Assembly (NCBI GenBank): GCA_964555355.1
Contig: CAZKRY010000003.1
Location: forward strand, 192,878-256,877
Source: an uncultured Klebsiella sp.
GTDB taxonomy: Bacteria; Pseudomonadota; Gammaproteobacteria; Ga0077536
Reading direction: 5' to 3'
DNA: 64,000 nt
Shown here: positions 18,402 through 29,393 of the stretch, piece after piece
How the letters are laid out: the number at the start of each line of letters is the position of its first letter
Position numbering within the stretch: position 1 is the first letter of the stretch
The notes under the pieces: generated by a model
Told to the model about the DNA's origin: nothing
Databases searched by the model: none
What the model saw: the letters and a program-made list of their open reading frames with translations, nothing else
Program-made: the position numbers and the translations under genes

Positions 18402-19010
18402 ATGGCTAATTCCCAAACTCCTGTCGTCGCGAGCGCCGCGCGACAGTTCCCGTTGAAAGTTAAACTTGGTGAGCGTCATTACATGTTGCGCCAGATGACC
18501 GAGCGCGACGGAGAAATGATTCAAGAATTCGCGCGCCGACTACCGAAGCACGATCTGTTATTCATGCGACGCGATATCACCAAAAGCGATGGCGTCAGTC
18601 GTTGGATCGACGCGATTCAACGTGGCGCCATGCACACGTTGCTCTGCGAAGACGATGAAGGCCTGGCGGGTTATTCGTCTATTCATTTAACCGAACTCGA
18701 TTGGTCGGCGCATGTCGCGGATCTGCGGGTGCAGATCGCGCAGCGCGCGCGCGGTGCGGGACTCGGTCGCTACTTAACTCGCGAAGCGTTCAACATGGCG
18801 CTGTCGCTCGGGATTGAGAAAGTCGTCGCACGCATGACGCCGGATCAAACCGGCGCGCGGGCGCTGTTCCAAGAACTCGGTTTTCAGCCGGAAGCCCTGC
18901 TCAAAGACGAAGTGCGCGATCCAAACGGCGAATATCACGATCTTTTGATTATGGCGTGTAACGTCGAGACATTCCTCGCCCAGCGCCACGCCTTCGGCGT
19001 TGCGCAGTAA
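18402..19010 (+). CDS. GNAT-family N-acetyltransferase
   Basis: Acetyl-CoA binding motif QRARGAGLGRYL. Confidence 0.75.
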   Translation: MANSQTPVVASAARQFPLKVKLGERHYMLRQMTERDGEMIQEFARRLPKHDLLFMRRDITKSDGVSRWIDAIQRGAMHTLLCEDDEGLAGYSSIHLTELDWSAHVADLRVQIAQRARGAGLGRYLTREAFNMALSLGIEKVVARMTPDQTGARALFQELGFQPEALLKDEVRDPNGEYHDLLIMACNVETFLAQRHAFGVAQ

Positions 19011-19098
19011 AGGTTCGCTCTCCCCTTTTCGTTTCACTCGGTCGGCGCTGCGGAGTGACCCACCCCGGGCGCGCCTCTAAGCGGTCTGCAAATGAATT

Positions 19099-20169
19099 TT
19101 GCGACTGCTTGTAGTATTTTTCGACGCCATGTTTCGACGTTATCCAAGCGCCCTCATTCGACCGGCGATCCGCGTGTGGGTTATCGCCTGTTTAACGCTG
19201 ATAAACATCCCCACCGCAGACGCCTTCGAACTACTTGGGAAACAAATATCCCCCGGTAGCCGTCATCAACTGACGCTTTATTTAACAAGTGCGCGCGAGA
19301 CCGACGCGACCGCCATGCCGGTGCTCGCACTGCGTGGCGCGCGCGAAGGTCCCACACTCTGTCTGACTGCGGCGATCCACGGCGATGAACTCAATGGAGT
19401 CGAAGCCATCCGCCGAGTGTTGAGCGAACTCGAACCGGCCCGCATGTCCGGCGCCCTCATCGGCGTACCAGTCGTCAACGTTTTGGGTTTCACGCAAAAC
19501 TCACGCGAAACTCCCGACCGGCGCGATCTCAATCGCTACTTTCCGGGTAAGCCGCATGGAAGTTTCGCCGACCGTATTGCGAATCGACTGTTCACGCAGG
19601 TGGTGAAACCACATTGCCGTTATTTGGTCGATCTGCACACCGGCTCGTTCATGCGTCACAACTTACCGCAGCTTCGCGCCGATTTGGCCGATCCGGCAGT
19701 GCGCGAATTTGCGGCAACCTTTGGCACCACGCCGGTTTTGCGCAAGCGCGGCAGTTCACGGATGTTGCGCCGAGTGGCGTCCGAACACGGCATTCCGGCG
19801 GTGAGTCTTGAATTCGGCGAAGCCGAAACGCTACAGGCCGAAGCCATCGAAACCGGCGTCGCCGCGCTCAAACAAGCGATTGCTAATTTGAAGATTACCG
19901 ACGAGCCGACGCCCATCAATGGCCCTCAACCCGTCTATGAAAGACCGTTCTGGATCCGTGCCGGGCGCAGCGGTTTGTTCGTGAGCAAAAAGGCGTTGGG
20001 CGATGAGATCGCGAGCGGCGAGATTGTCGGCATCATTGTCGATCCATTGCGGGGGTCGAGCAGTGCGATTAAGGCGCCTGACGCAGGGCGAATTTTAGGA
20101 CTCGCCAACGATCAAAAAGTATTACCGGGTTACGGTCTTTATCATGTCGGGCGGAGCGCCGCGCAATAA
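19099..20169 (+). CDS. Succinylglutamate desuccinylase/aspartoacylase (M14) family protein
   Basis: CLTAAIHGDELNG zinc-binding motif and overall AstE/AspA pattern. Confidence 0.8.
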   Translation: MRLLVVFFDAMFRRYPSALIRPAIRVWVIACLTLINIPTADAFELLGKQISPGSRHQLTLYLTSARETDATAMPVLALRGAREGPTLCLTAAIHGDELNGVEAIRRVLSELEPARMSGALIGVPVVNVLGFTQNSRETPDRRDLNRYFPGKPHGSFADRIANRLFTQVVKPHCRYLVDLHTGSFMRHNLPQLRADLADPAVREFAATFGTTPVLRKRGSSRMLRRVASEHGIPAVSLEFGEAETLQAEAIETGVAALKQAIANLKITDEPTPINGPQPVYERPFWIRAGRSGLFVSKKALGDEIASGEIVGIIVDPLRGSSSAIKAPDAGRILGLANDQKVLPGYGLYHVGRSAAQ

Positions 20170-20187
20170 CGATGCGCTTAAAAATTG

Positions 20188-20216
20188 CCGAGGGGACTTA
20201 GGCGCAGTCCCCTCGG
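20188..20216. terminator. 10-bp GC hairpin CCGAGGGGAC-ttaggcgca-GTCCCCTCGG between convergent genes (U-tract on the minus-strand side)
   Basis: Read directly from the sequence. Confidence 0.55.
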
Positions 20217-20277
20217 AGAGTGCTCACTAGGAAATGTCGTTGTTGTAGTTAAATCAGTAGCGGAAATTTAGGGATAT

Positions 20278-21315
20278 CTACCGAAACTTCGGCGCGACCT
20301 GTTTCGCAAACAGATCCATGCTCGCGCGAATATACCGTGGCTCGAGGCCCGGCAGCGCCTGCGCCGTAACCATATGGGTGACGCGGCCGCGCTTGACGTA
20401 ATCGGCGATCATTTCGCAAGCATCTTTCGGCGTGCCCACGATCGCGTCCTCGCCAAAGAAGCTGAAGTGCTGCTTTTTGATCATTTCATCGACCGAGGGA
20501 ATACCTTCAAGCGCTTTATCGTCACCCGGCTTGTCGTTGGCTTCCGAGAACCATTTGGCGTAGCAGCTCGCCATGTAATGCAGAGGCTTTGCCGCCAGTT
20601 CCCACGCCTGTTCGCGGCTCGGCGCCACATACACCGCACGGAGTTGCGCGATATTGTATTCCGCTGGATTACGTCCCGCAGCGCGCAACGCGTCGTCGTA
20701 CATCTTGTCGAGAAAGGTTGAACCCACTGCCTGAAAATGGAAGCCCATTTTGGCGGCGCGCTCAATCGCTTTCGGCGCAATCGCGCCCAACCACAACGGC
20801 GGATGCGGTCGTTGCAGCGCCGGCGGCACGATTTTAATTTTGTTCAATTTGCTGAACTTGCCATCGAAGGTCACCGTCTCTCCGCTCAGCAGGCGCTGTA
20901 TGACGGCAATCCCTTCCTGCAAGCGCGCGCCGCGTTCGGTGTGTGAGATCCCTTGATCAGAGAATTCTTCACGGCGGTACCCAAGGCCGACGCCAAGTTC
21001 AAACCGGCCGTTTGAAATGAGGTCGACGGTCGCCGTGTCTTCGGCGATCCGCACCGGGTTGTGCAGCGGCAACAGGACTAAGAACGTTCCGATCCGGATC
21101 CGTGAGGTGCGAGCAGCAATTGCCGCTGCGATCGGTAACAATGACGGCGAGTAGCCATCATCCACGAAGTGATGTTCGGTCAGCCAGGCGTCGTCATAGC
21201 CCATGGCCTCGGAATCGGCGATTAAGTCGAGATGCGTGCGATACACCGTATCCCACGGTTGACGTGCGAAGTCTGGGTTACGGAACGGCCACAGTACGCC
21301 AAAGCGTAAACTCAT
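20278..21315 (-). CDS. LLM-class flavin-dependent oxidoreductase
   Basis: Luciferase-like pattern (AWLTEHHF, GRFELGVGLGY). Confidence 0.8.
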   Translation of the reverse strand: MSLRFGVLWPFRNPDFARQPWDTVYRTHLDLIADSEAMGYDDAWLTEHHFVDDGYSPSLLPIAAAIAARTSRIRIGTFLVLLPLHNPVRIAEDTATVDLISNGRFELGVGLGYRREEFSDQGISHTERGARLQEGIAVIQRLLSGETVTFDGKFSKLNKIKIVPPALQRPHPPLWLGAIAPKAIERAAKMGFHFQAVGSTFLDKMYDDALRAAGRNPAEYNIAQLRAVYVAPSREQAWELAAKPLHYMASCYAKWFSEANDKPGDDKALEGIPSVDEMIKKQHFSFFGEDAIVGTPKDACEMIADYVKRGRVTHMVTAQALPGLEPRYIRASMDLFAKQVAPKFR

Positions 21316-21449
21316 TGGGCAAACTCCTAATCATTTTTGAATCAGCGCGAGCGCGGTGGCTGCATCGCGAGACGGAAATTACACTCGCCTCCACCATTCG
21401 GCAAGCCGCCGTCCGGTGTGCGGCGCAATAGAAAGCCCATTATTCACCC

Positions 21450-22298
21450 ATGCTGAGTTATCGCCACGCCTTCCACGCCGGCAACCACGCGGATGTTTTA
21501 AAGCACGCCGCGCTCGCGTTGATTTTTCAAGCGCTCCAACGCAAAGACGCGGGTTTTTGCTTTATCGACACGCATGCGGGCGCTGGCGGGTATGACTTGC
21601 GGTCCACCGAAGCGACCAAGAATTCAGAATACCGTGGCGGGATCGCGCGGATCTGGAGCCGCGCGGATGCGCCCATGGGGTTGCAACCTTACCTATCCGT
21701 GTTACGCGAACTCAATTCGCCGAAGTTTTCCGATATCCGTTTCTATCCTGGATCGCCGGTGGTCGCCCAACATCTGCTACGTCATCAGGATCGTATGGTG
21801 TTGATCGAACGACATCCCACCGATCACGCGGCGCTGGCGAAAAATCTTGGACACGCGCCGCATTGCCGCATCGAACAGGGCGATGGGTTTCAATTGTTGA
21901 AAGCCTTTGTACCGCCGCATGAGCGGCGTGGGGTGGTGTTGCTCGATCCGGCCTATGAATTAAAGTCGGACTATCGCGCGGTGTTGAACACTGTCATCGA
22001 TGCCACCGCGCGGTGGGCGACCGGCACCTATCTCATATGGTACCCACTCATTGCGCGCAGCGAACCCGCGCAGTTGGTGAGACGCACCCAGGCAAGTGGA
22101 CTCAAACGCGTGCTTAATATCGAACTTATCGTGGCAAAAGCGTCCCCCGCCGCTGGCCTTTGGGGTTCTGGTTTATTGATCGTCAACCCACCGTATCAAC
22201 TCGATACACAACTGAAATCAGTGTTAGCGTGGTTGCACGCGGTACTCGCGGAGCCCCACGTGGAACGCGGCGAGGTCCGTTGGTTAATTCCCGAATGA
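21450..22298 (+). CDS. rlmJ: 23S rRNA (adenine2030-N6)-methyltransferase
   Basis: MLSYRHAFHAGNHADVLKH N-terminus diagnostic of RlmJ. Confidence 0.9.
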   Translation: MLSYRHAFHAGNHADVLKHAALALIFQALQRKDAGFCFIDTHAGAGGYDLRSTEATKNSEYRGGIARIWSRADAPMGLQPYLSVLRELNSPKFSDIRFYPGSPVVAQHLLRHQDRMVLIERHPTDHAALAKNLGHAPHCRIEQGDGFQLLKAFVPPHERRGVVLLDPAYELKSDYRAVLNTVIDATARWATGTYLIWYPLIARSEPAQLVRRTQASGLKRVLNIELIVAKASPAAGLWGSGLLIVNPPYQLDTQLKSVLAWLHAVLAEPHVERGEVRWLIPE

Positions 22299-22301
22299 CG
22301 C

Positions 22302-23936
22302 TTATCCAATGGCGTTCGTCACCAGTGCTTGGGCTTGCGCTTGCAGCAGTCTCAGATGCGCGTCGTCGCGAAAGCTCTCGGCGTAAATTTTATAAACGTC
22401 TTCGGTACCGGAAGGCCGTGCCGCGAACCAGCCATGCGTGGTCGTGACTTTTAAGCCGCCGATCGCTTCCTGATTGCCGGGCGCGTTCGTGAAGACTTGT
22501 ACGATCGGATCACCCGCGCATTCGGTGGCCGTGATCGCGCTTGGGGTCAATTTTTTTAATTTGAACTTTTGCTCGGGCGTCGCGGGTGCATCGATTCGTG
22601 CGTAACACGTCGCACCAAATCGCGCTTCCAACTGCGCATAGTGTTCGGCCGGATTTTTCCCCGTGCGCGCGGTAATTTCCGCTGCCAGCAAATTCAGCAG
22701 AATACCGTCCTTATCGGTGGTCCACGCCGTGCCGTCGTGTCGCAGAAAAGAGGCGCCAGCGCTTTCTTCACCGCCAAACGCCAGCGTGCCCGCGTGCAGG
22801 CCCGGGACAAACCACTTAAAGCCGACCGGCACTTCGCACAATGTGCGTCCAGCCGCTTCCACCACACGATCGATCATGCTGCTGCTGACGAGCGTCTTAC
22901 CGATGCCGGCCTGCGTCGACCATTGCGACCGGTGTCGCAACAAATAGTCAACCGCCACGCTCAAATAATGATTGGGCGGCAGGAGTCCACGGCGCGTTAC
23001 GATCCCGTGGCGATCATGATCCGCATCGCAGGCAAAGGCCACATCGAATTGCGCGCTCAAACTCGTGAGACCTTGCATGACGTAGGGTGATGAAGGGTCC
23101 ATGCGCAACTGGCCATCCCAGTCCCGAGTCAGAAACCGAAACGTCGGATCAACCGCCGGGTTGACCACCCGCAGATTTAAGCCGTACTGCTCACCAATGC
23201 GCGCCCAGTAATTAACCCCGGCCCCACCCAGCGGATCGACGCCCAGCTGCAATCCGCTCGCGCGGATGGCTTCCATCTCCAGCACCGCACTGAGGTCGTC
23301 GACATAGTGACTGACATAGTCGAACGCTTGCGTGGTGGCGGCCTCTTGTGCCACACGCAGACTTACTCGGCGAACGTGGTTTAGCGCGCTCAGCAATTCA
23401 TTCGCGCGAGCTTCAATCCATGCGGTCTCGCCGGTACCTGCCGGTCCGCCGTGCGGCGGGTTGTACTTAAAACCACCGTCCTGCGGCGGATTGTGCGAGG
23501 GCGTAATCAGAATGCCATCCGCAAGCCCCTGTGTACGGCCACCGTTGTAACGCAAGATCGCGTGCGAGACGACTGGAGTGGGCGTGAATTCGCCATTCGC
23601 TGCAAGCCTTACCTGCACGCCGTTGCCGGCTAATACTTCGAGCGCCGTGGCATGCGCAGGGGTCGAAAGCGCGTGAGTGTCTTGGCCGAGGAACAACGGT
23701 CCGTCGATTTGTTCTTTTGCGCGGTAGTCGCAAATCGCCTGCGTCACCGCCATGATGTGCGCCTCGTTGAATGACGAGTCGAAGGCCGATCCACGATGGC
23801 CAGAGGTCCCGAAGGCGATGCGCTGCGAGGGGATCGCCGAATCGGGCTTTTGGCAGTAATACGCCGTCACCAGCTTGGGGATATCGATCAATTCAGTAAC
23901 AAGCGGCAGGTTTCCGGCGGCGGCATGCGTGGTCAT
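22302..23936 (-). CDS. pgm: Phosphoglucomutase (alpha-D-glucose phosphate-specific)
   Basis: TSGHRG phosphoserine loop, GGPAGTGE, full-length Pgm pattern. Confidence 0.9.
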   Translation of the reverse strand: MTTHAAAGNLPLVTELIDIPKLVTAYYCQKPDSAIPSQRIAFGTSGHRGSAFDSSFNEAHIMAVTQAICDYRAKEQIDGPLFLGQDTHALSTPAHATALEVLAGNGVQVRLAANGEFTPTPVVSHAILRYNGGRTQGLADGILITPSHNPPQDGGFKYNPPHGGPAGTGETAWIEARANELLSALNHVRRVSLRVAQEAATTQAFDYVSHYVDDLSAVLEMEAIRASGLQLGVDPLGGAGVNYWARIGEQYGLNLRVVNPAVDPTFRFLTRDWDGQLRMDPSSPYVMQGLTSLSAQFDVAFACDADHDRHGIVTRRGLLPPNHYLSVAVDYLLRHRSQWSTQAGIGKTLVSSSMIDRVVEAAGRTLCEVPVGFKWFVPGLHAGTLAFGGEESAGASFLRHDGTAWTTDKDGILLNLLAAEITARTGKNPAEHYAQLEARFGATCYARIDAPATPEQKFKLKKLTPSAITATECAGDPIVQVFTNAPGNQEAIGGLKVTTTHGWFAARPSGTEDVYKIYAESFRDDAHLRLLQAQAQALVTNAIG

Positions 23937-24017
23937 AATCGAACTGCTTCCCTATCACCCAAGTGTTGCAAGCTTAGCGCATGCCGATCGCGGCAGGTGC
24001 CGGAATATTAATCACGC

Positions 24018-25793
24018 ATGGCATCCCTCGACCCGACCGCACAACGTGCCCCATCCAAAGACCTAACCCAACTACGCCTGCTCTGGCAGTTTGTGCGGCC
24101 ATATCGCTGGCGCGTGCTCGGCGCGGCGGTGGCGCTCATTGTGGCCGCGCTCAGCGTGCTCGCCATCGGGCAGGGCTTGAAGCTCGTCATCGATCACGGC
24201 ATTTCTCGCGGCAACCCAGGTTATTTGGATCGTGCGCTGTTGGGTCTACTGGTGGTCATCACGGTCATGGCCGGGGCTACCTACTGTCGGTTTTATCTCG
24301 TAACTTGGCTCGGCGAACGGGTCACCTCGGATATCAAGCGCAGCGTGTTCGATCATTTGCTCGCGTTATCGCCGACCTTTTTTGAACAGACTCGCACCGG
24401 CGAAATCATCTCGCGACTGACCAACGATACCGCGCTACTTGAAGTCGTGGTCGGCTCTTCCGCCTCCTTCGCGCTGCGCAATTTATTGCTTATGCTGGGC
24501 GCGCTCGTGATGCTCGCCATTACCTCGCTCAAACTGACCGCGCTCGTGCTAATCGGCATTCCCATCGTTTTTCTACCGATCATCGTGTTTGGCAAACGCG
24601 TGCGCGCGCTGTCGCGTCAAAGCCAGGATCGCATCGCCGATGTCGCGGCCTATGTCGATGAAACCTTACATGAGATCCGCACGGTGCAAGCTTACGTCCA
24701 TGAAGCGCATGATCGCGCGCGCTTCGGCAGTCGCGTTGAAAGTCAGTTTGACACGGCCCGCCGCCGCATTAGCGTGCGCGCGGTGATGGTGGCACAGGTG
24801 CTGTTTCTCGCCTTCGCCGCGATCGGGGCGATTTTATGGATCGGCGGCCATGATGTCGTCGCCGGACGAATTTCGGGCGGCGAACTCTCGGCCTTCGTGT
24901 TCTACGCGGTATTGGTGGCCGGCGCGGTAGGCGCGATTGCGGAAGTCATGGGAGATTTACAGCGCGCCGCCGGGGCCGCGGAGCGGCTGCTGGAACTCTT
25001 GGCTACCACTCCAGCGATCGCACCGCCGGCCGCACCGATCGCCTTACCGGCAACGGTGCGCGGCGCGCTTGCCTTTGAGCAGGTGAGCTTCGTCTATCCA
25101 CTACGCCTTGAGACGCCGGCGTTGAGCGAAGTTTCGCTGGTCATCGCGCCGGGCGAGAAAGTCGCCTTGGTCGGCCCCTCCGGCGCGGGTAAGACCACGT
25201 TGTTTCAGTTATTACTCAGATTCTACGATCCGACTCACGGCCGCATTACACTCGATGGCCATGATCTCGCGTCACTCGATCCGGCGGCCGTCCGGCGCGC
25301 TTTGGCACTCGTCCCGCAAGAACCGGTGATCTTCGCCGCGAGTGTCGGTGACAACGTGCGTTATGCGCGCCCCGAGGCGAGTGATGCGGAAGTGCGCGCC
25401 GCCTGCGAGGCCGCTTATGCGGATGAGTTTATCGACCGCCTGCCGCAAGGCCTCGCCACCGAACTCGGCGAACGCGGAGTCCGTTTGTCAGGCGGTCAAC
25501 GACAACGTCTAGCGATTGCGCGCGCTATCCTCGCCGCCCGCCCCATTTTGCTGCTTGACGAGGCAACTAGCAGTCTCGATGCCGAATCCGAGCGTCTCGT
25601 GCAGCTCGCGATGACCGAATTAATGCGCAACCACACCACGCTCATCATCGCGCATCGGTTGGCCACTGTGCAGAATGTCGACCGCATCGTGGTGCTCGAT
25701 CATGGCCGCCTCGTCGAAGCCGGCACGCACGACAGTTTGGTCGCCCTCGGCGGGTTGTATGCCAAGCTCGCCGCACTGCAATTTGGTTACTAA
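24018..25793 (+). CDS. ABC transporter, fused permease/ATP-binding protein (MsbA-like exporter)
   Basis: 6-TM N-terminal domain; Walker A GPSGAGKT, signature LSGGQRQR, Walker B LLLDEATS. Confidence 0.9.
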   Translation: MASLDPTAQRAPSKDLTQLRLLWQFVRPYRWRVLGAAVALIVAALSVLAIGQGLKLVIDHGISRGNPGYLDRALLGLLVVITVMAGATYCRFYLVTWLGERVTSDIKRSVFDHLLALSPTFFEQTRTGEIISRLTNDTALLEVVVGSSASFALRNLLLMLGALVMLAITSLKLTALVLIGIPIVFLPIIVFGKRVRALSRQSQDRIADVAAYVDETLHEIRTVQAYVHEAHDRARFGSRVESQFDTARRRISVRAVMVAQVLFLAFAAIGAILWIGGHDVVAGRISGGELSAFVFYAVLVAGAVGAIAEVMGDLQRAAGAAERLLELLATTPAIAPPAAPIALPATVRGALAFEQVSFVYPLRLETPALSEVSLVIAPGEKVALVGPSGAGKTTLFQLLLRFYDPTHGRITLDGHDLASLDPAAVRRALALVPQEPVIFAASVGDNVRYARPEASDAEVRAACEAAYADEFIDRLPQGLATELGERGVRLSGGQRQRLAIARAILAARPILLLDEATSSLDAESERLVQLAMTELMRNHTTLIIAHRLATVQNVDRIVVLDHGRLVEAGTHDSLVALGGLYAKLAALQFGY

Positions 25794-25873
25794 AAAAGCG
25801 CGTTTTGAAGGCTCGCGCTGTCGGAAAAATACGAGTAATCTCGCGCCCCTAACACATTGCCCCGGAGGGAGTT

Positions 25874-26944
25874 ATGGATTTCGGTTTCGTCTTCATGGGT
25901 TCGGTCAAAGTCGCGAACCAAGTCAAACACGCCGAAGACCGTGGTTATTCGCACGCCTGGCTGTACGACACGCAAATGCTCGGTAGCGAAGTCTATGCCG
26001 CGCTCGCGTTATGCGCCGCAAACACCCGGAAAATCAAGCTCGGGCCAGGCGTTACCAATCCTAAGTCGCGGATCGCGCCGCTCACCGCCTGCGGCATGGC
26101 GACCATCAACGAAATCGCACCAGGTCGCGCAATTCTCGGCATCGGCACCGGCAACACCACACGCCGCACGATGGGCATGCCGGCCGCGCGTTTGGACGAA
26201 TTGCGCGATCACATCCGGGTTTGTCAGGGTCTGTTCAAGCACGAGATCACGGATTATTCGGAAGGTGATCGTCATCGCAAGATCCGTTTTTTGAACCCAG
26301 ATATGGGTTTCATCAACATCAAGGATCACATTCCGGTTTACATCTCCGCGAGCGGCCCAAAAGTCGCGCAAATGGCCGGCGAAATGGCCGATGGCGTCAT
26401 CCTCTTCGGCGCGGTACATCCCTCGCTCATCAAGTGGATGGTGGATAACGTCAAAGAAGGCGCACGTCGCGCCGGCCGCGATCCCAACAAAATTTACATC
26501 CTATCGATGACGGCGTTTTACCTGACCAAGAACGACAAGGACATCGAAACCCGTGCAGTGCGCGAAGCAGTCGGCCCGATGGTCGCCTCGAGCAGCAATA
26601 TTTTCGCGCTCTCCACCCACCAGAATCCTGACCTGCTGCCGGCCGACCTGCGCGATGAATTGGTGGCTTTTACCGATGTCTATCGTGATCCGGAAGCGCC
26701 GATTGAAACCCGTCATCTCAAGCTCTACAGCGGTTATCTGCAAAAACTGCGTCCGGAACACGAGGCTTTGATGACCAAAAAGATCATGCAAGCGACGACG
26801 TTGGTCGGAACCAAGGACCAGGTCATCGATCAGATTAAGCAGATGCAAGCCGCGGGCGTGCATCAAGTGGCCGTGCAGCCGGTCTCCGATACCTCTGACG
26901 TCATCGACCAGTTTGCGAACGAAATCATGCCGGCATTTCGCTAG
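25874..26944 (+). CDS. LLM-class flavin/F420-type oxidoreductase
   Basis: Luciferase-like TIM-barrel pattern. Confidence 0.8.
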   Translation: MDFGFVFMGSVKVANQVKHAEDRGYSHAWLYDTQMLGSEVYAALALCAANTRKIKLGPGVTNPKSRIAPLTACGMATINEIAPGRAILGIGTGNTTRRTMGMPAARLDELRDHIRVCQGLFKHEITDYSEGDRHRKIRFLNPDMGFINIKDHIPVYISASGPKVAQMAGEMADGVILFGAVHPSLIKWMVDNVKEGARRAGRDPNKIYILSMTAFYLTKNDKDIETRAVREAVGPMVASSSNIFALSTHQNPDLLPADLRDELVAFTDVYRDPEAPIETRHLKLYSGYLQKLRPEHEALMTKKIMQATTLVGTKDQVIDQIKQMQAAGVHQVAVQPVSDTSDVIDQFANEIMPAFR

Positions 26945-26961
26945 GCGGAAGTTGTAAAAGG

Positions 26962-26986
26962 GGGCGCCCGGATTTCTTGGGCGCCC
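26962..26986 (+). terminator. Hairpin GGGCGCCC-ggatttctt-GGGCGCCC after the LLM gene
   Basis: Read directly from the sequence; weak U-tract. Confidence 0.45.
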
Positions 26987-27065
26987 GTAAATCCTAATTT
27001 CAACCCTTTATCCCTTCGCGACGAGACGCTATCTTCCCTCGCCTACGCCACCTTCGCGAAGCAAC

Positions 27066-28280
27066 ATGACAATCCCCGTCTCCGGCCCTTTGCGGGGCAC
27101 CTTCACCCTGTTACCAATCTCGCAGGTGCATTACGGCGCCGGCAGCATAACGCGACTTGGCGAGACATTGGCGCGGCAAGGTATTCGCCGTGCGCTGATG
27201 ATTACTGGCCGCACACTCGCGACACAAACCGATCTGGTGACAAAAGTGGTCAATGCGGCGAACGGACGCATCGCGGGCGTTTTTCACGATACCGTCCAAC
27301 ACGTGCATCGGCAGTCGGTATTGCGCGCAACCGAAGCGGCGCACGGGGTATCGGCCGATGGCATCGTCTCGTTTGGCGGCGGCACCCCGAACGACACCGG
27401 CAAGGCCGTGGTCCTCGCGCTCGCCGAGAATATCCGCACGCCGTCAGCGTTCGACGCCGCACGCGTTAAATTCACCTATCCGAATTCAGTGGAAGTTCCT
27501 CCAGTGCGCGGCAAGGCCGTGCCGATGATCGCCATCTCAACCACTTTATCTGGCGGCGAATTCACGCATTTCGCGGGCATCACGGATGAGATCCGCAGAG
27601 TCAAAGACCTGTATATCGACGCCAAGCTCGCCGCGCACGAAGTTTTTCTCGATCCTGAATTGACCCTCGCGACTCCCCTATGGCTATGGCTGTCGACCGG
27701 TATGCGGTCAGTTGATCACTGCATAGAAGCGTTGTGTTCAACCACTGCGCACCCCATGACCGATGCGCTCGCCGCGCACGCGCTCACTACGCTCGCGCGC
27801 ACCTTGCGCGCGTGCAAAGCGGATCCGAATGACCTACAAGCGCGCACCGAGGCGCAGTTAGCGGCATGGATGTCGGTATGCGGGCTCGCCAATGTCAATT
27901 TGGGTTTGAGTCATGGCATTGGGCATCAGCTGGGGGCCCGCAACAACGTGCCACACGGCGTCACTTCTTGCGTCATGATGGGACCGGTCATGGATTTTAA
28001 TCGTCCCTTTGTCACGGCCCGGCACGCCTATATCGCCGAGTTGCTCGGCTGCGTAACGCAAGGGTTGTCACCGCTCGTCGCCGCGGAACGCGCACGCGAA
28101 GCGGTCGAAACTTTGGTGCGGGACTTAAGCCTGCCCGCGCGACTCCGGGATGTCGGTGTGACCCGGGATGATTTCGCGGCGCTCGCGCACGATGCGCTGG
28201 AAGACTTGGTGGTGGCTTCGAATCCACGTCCGGTCACTTCGGTCGAAGATGTGATCGAAGTGCTGGAACGCGCGTACTAA
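27066..28280 (+). CDS. Iron-containing alcohol dehydrogenase family, maleylacetate reductase-like
   Basis: Fe-ADH glycine-rich NAD motif GGGTPNDTGKAV; His ligands (GLSHGIGHQLG). Confidence 0.8.
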   Translation: MTIPVSGPLRGTFTLLPISQVHYGAGSITRLGETLARQGIRRALMITGRTLATQTDLVTKVVNAANGRIAGVFHDTVQHVHRQSVLRATEAAHGVSADGIVSFGGGTPNDTGKAVVLALAENIRTPSAFDAARVKFTYPNSVEVPPVRGKAVPMIAISTTLSGGEFTHFAGITDEIRRVKDLYIDAKLAAHEVFLDPELTLATPLWLWLSTGMRSVDHCIEALCSTTAHPMTDALAAHALTTLARTLRACKADPNDLQARTEAQLAAWMSVCGLANVNLGLSHGIGHQLGARNNVPHGVTSCVMMGPVMDFNRPFVTARHAYIAELLGCVTQGLSPLVAAERAREAVETLVRDLSLPARLRDVGVTRDDFAALAHDALEDLVVASNPRPVTSVEDVIEVLERAY

Positions 28281-28295
28281 TAGCGGCATCTGGCA

Positions 28296-28904
28296 GTGAC
28301 GGCTTCCAATGTGATTGAGAGCGTCCCGCTAACGGGCGCGCACGTCGAACTTCTACCGCTCGCGGAAGTTCATCGCGAAGCGCTACGCCCGGCCGCGCAG
28401 GATGCGCGAATTTGGGAATACACGGTGATGATTGGGACTGGCGCGGGTTTCGATCGCTGGTTCGATACGACGCTGACCGAGCGCGCCTCGGGCCACAAAT
28501 ATCCGTTTGTGGTGCGCCTGCGCGCGACGGGAGAGTTTGTCGGCAGCACAAGTTTTCTTGATGTCAATCTCCGTCACCGACGGCTTGAAATCGGCGCGAC
28601 CTGGTATCACCCAAGGGTGTGGGGCACGGCCGTCAATGCGGATTGCAAAAATCTGTTGTTACAGGATGCATTTGCGCGTCTCGCCATGAACCGCGTGGCG
28701 TTGTTGACCGATCGGTTGAATCTCCGCTCGCAGGCGGCGATCGCCAAACTCGGTGCCACTCGCGAAGGGGTCATGCGGGCGCACATGGTGACCCAAGGTG
28801 AGCGCATCCGGGATAGCGCGCTGTATAGCATCACACGCGCGGAGTGGCCGGAGATAGCTGCGAACCTAACGCTAAGAATAGCGACTGCGATTCCAACCGA
28901 CTGA
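28296..28904 (+). CDS. GNAT-family N-acetyltransferase (RimJ/RimL-like)
   Basis: Typical GNAT core. Confidence 0.7.
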   Translation: MTASNVIESVPLTGAHVELLPLAEVHREALRPAAQDARIWEYTVMIGTGAGFDRWFDTTLTERASGHKYPFVVRLRATGEFVGSTSFLDVNLRHRRLEIGATWYHPRVWGTAVNADCKNLLLQDAFARLAMNRVALLTDRLNLRSQAAIAKLGATREGVMRAHMVTQGERIRDSALYSITRAEWPEIAANLTLRIATAIPTD

Positions 28905-28968
28905 GATGCATAGACGCGCACGGCGCTTTGTTGTGTAGTACGGTCATCTCGCTTACCGGGGGTTCCCG

Positions 28969-29388
28969 ATGCTCGCATCCGACATTCTCCTCCCAGTTTT
29001 CACGCTCGCCGGTTGGACGGCCTTTGTGCAGGCGCTGATCCCGGTCGCGCGCATACACGCGGCGCGGCATGGGGTGGTGACGCTAGCCGATTTTAAGTAC
29101 GGAGAATCACCGGCGGTGCCGGGCACGGTCAGTATTCCCAATCGTAATTACATGAACTTGCTTGAGTTCCCGGTTCTTTTTTACGTCATCGCGGGACTCT
29201 TATATGCGAGTAGCGCCGCAACGCCAGTCACGGTGAATCTCGCGTGGACGTTCGTCGCGTTGCGAATATTGCACAGTGCAATTCACCTAACTTACAACCG
29301 CGTGATACATCGTGTGATGGCCTTCGGCGCGAGCAATTTCGCCCTGGTGACATTGTGGATTGTCGCCGGTCGCGCGCTCTTCGCTTAA
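28969..29388 (+). CDS. MAPEG-family membrane protein
   Basis: ~139 aa, 4-TM topology pattern of MAPEG. Confidence 0.55.
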   Translation: MLASDILLPVFTLAGWTAFVQALIPVARIHAARHGVVTLADFKYGESPAVPGTVSIPNRNYMNLLEFPVLFYVIAGLLYASSAATPVTVNLAWTFVALRILHSAIHLTYNRVIHRVMAFGASNFALVTLWIVAGRALFA

Positions 29389-29393
29389 GCCCC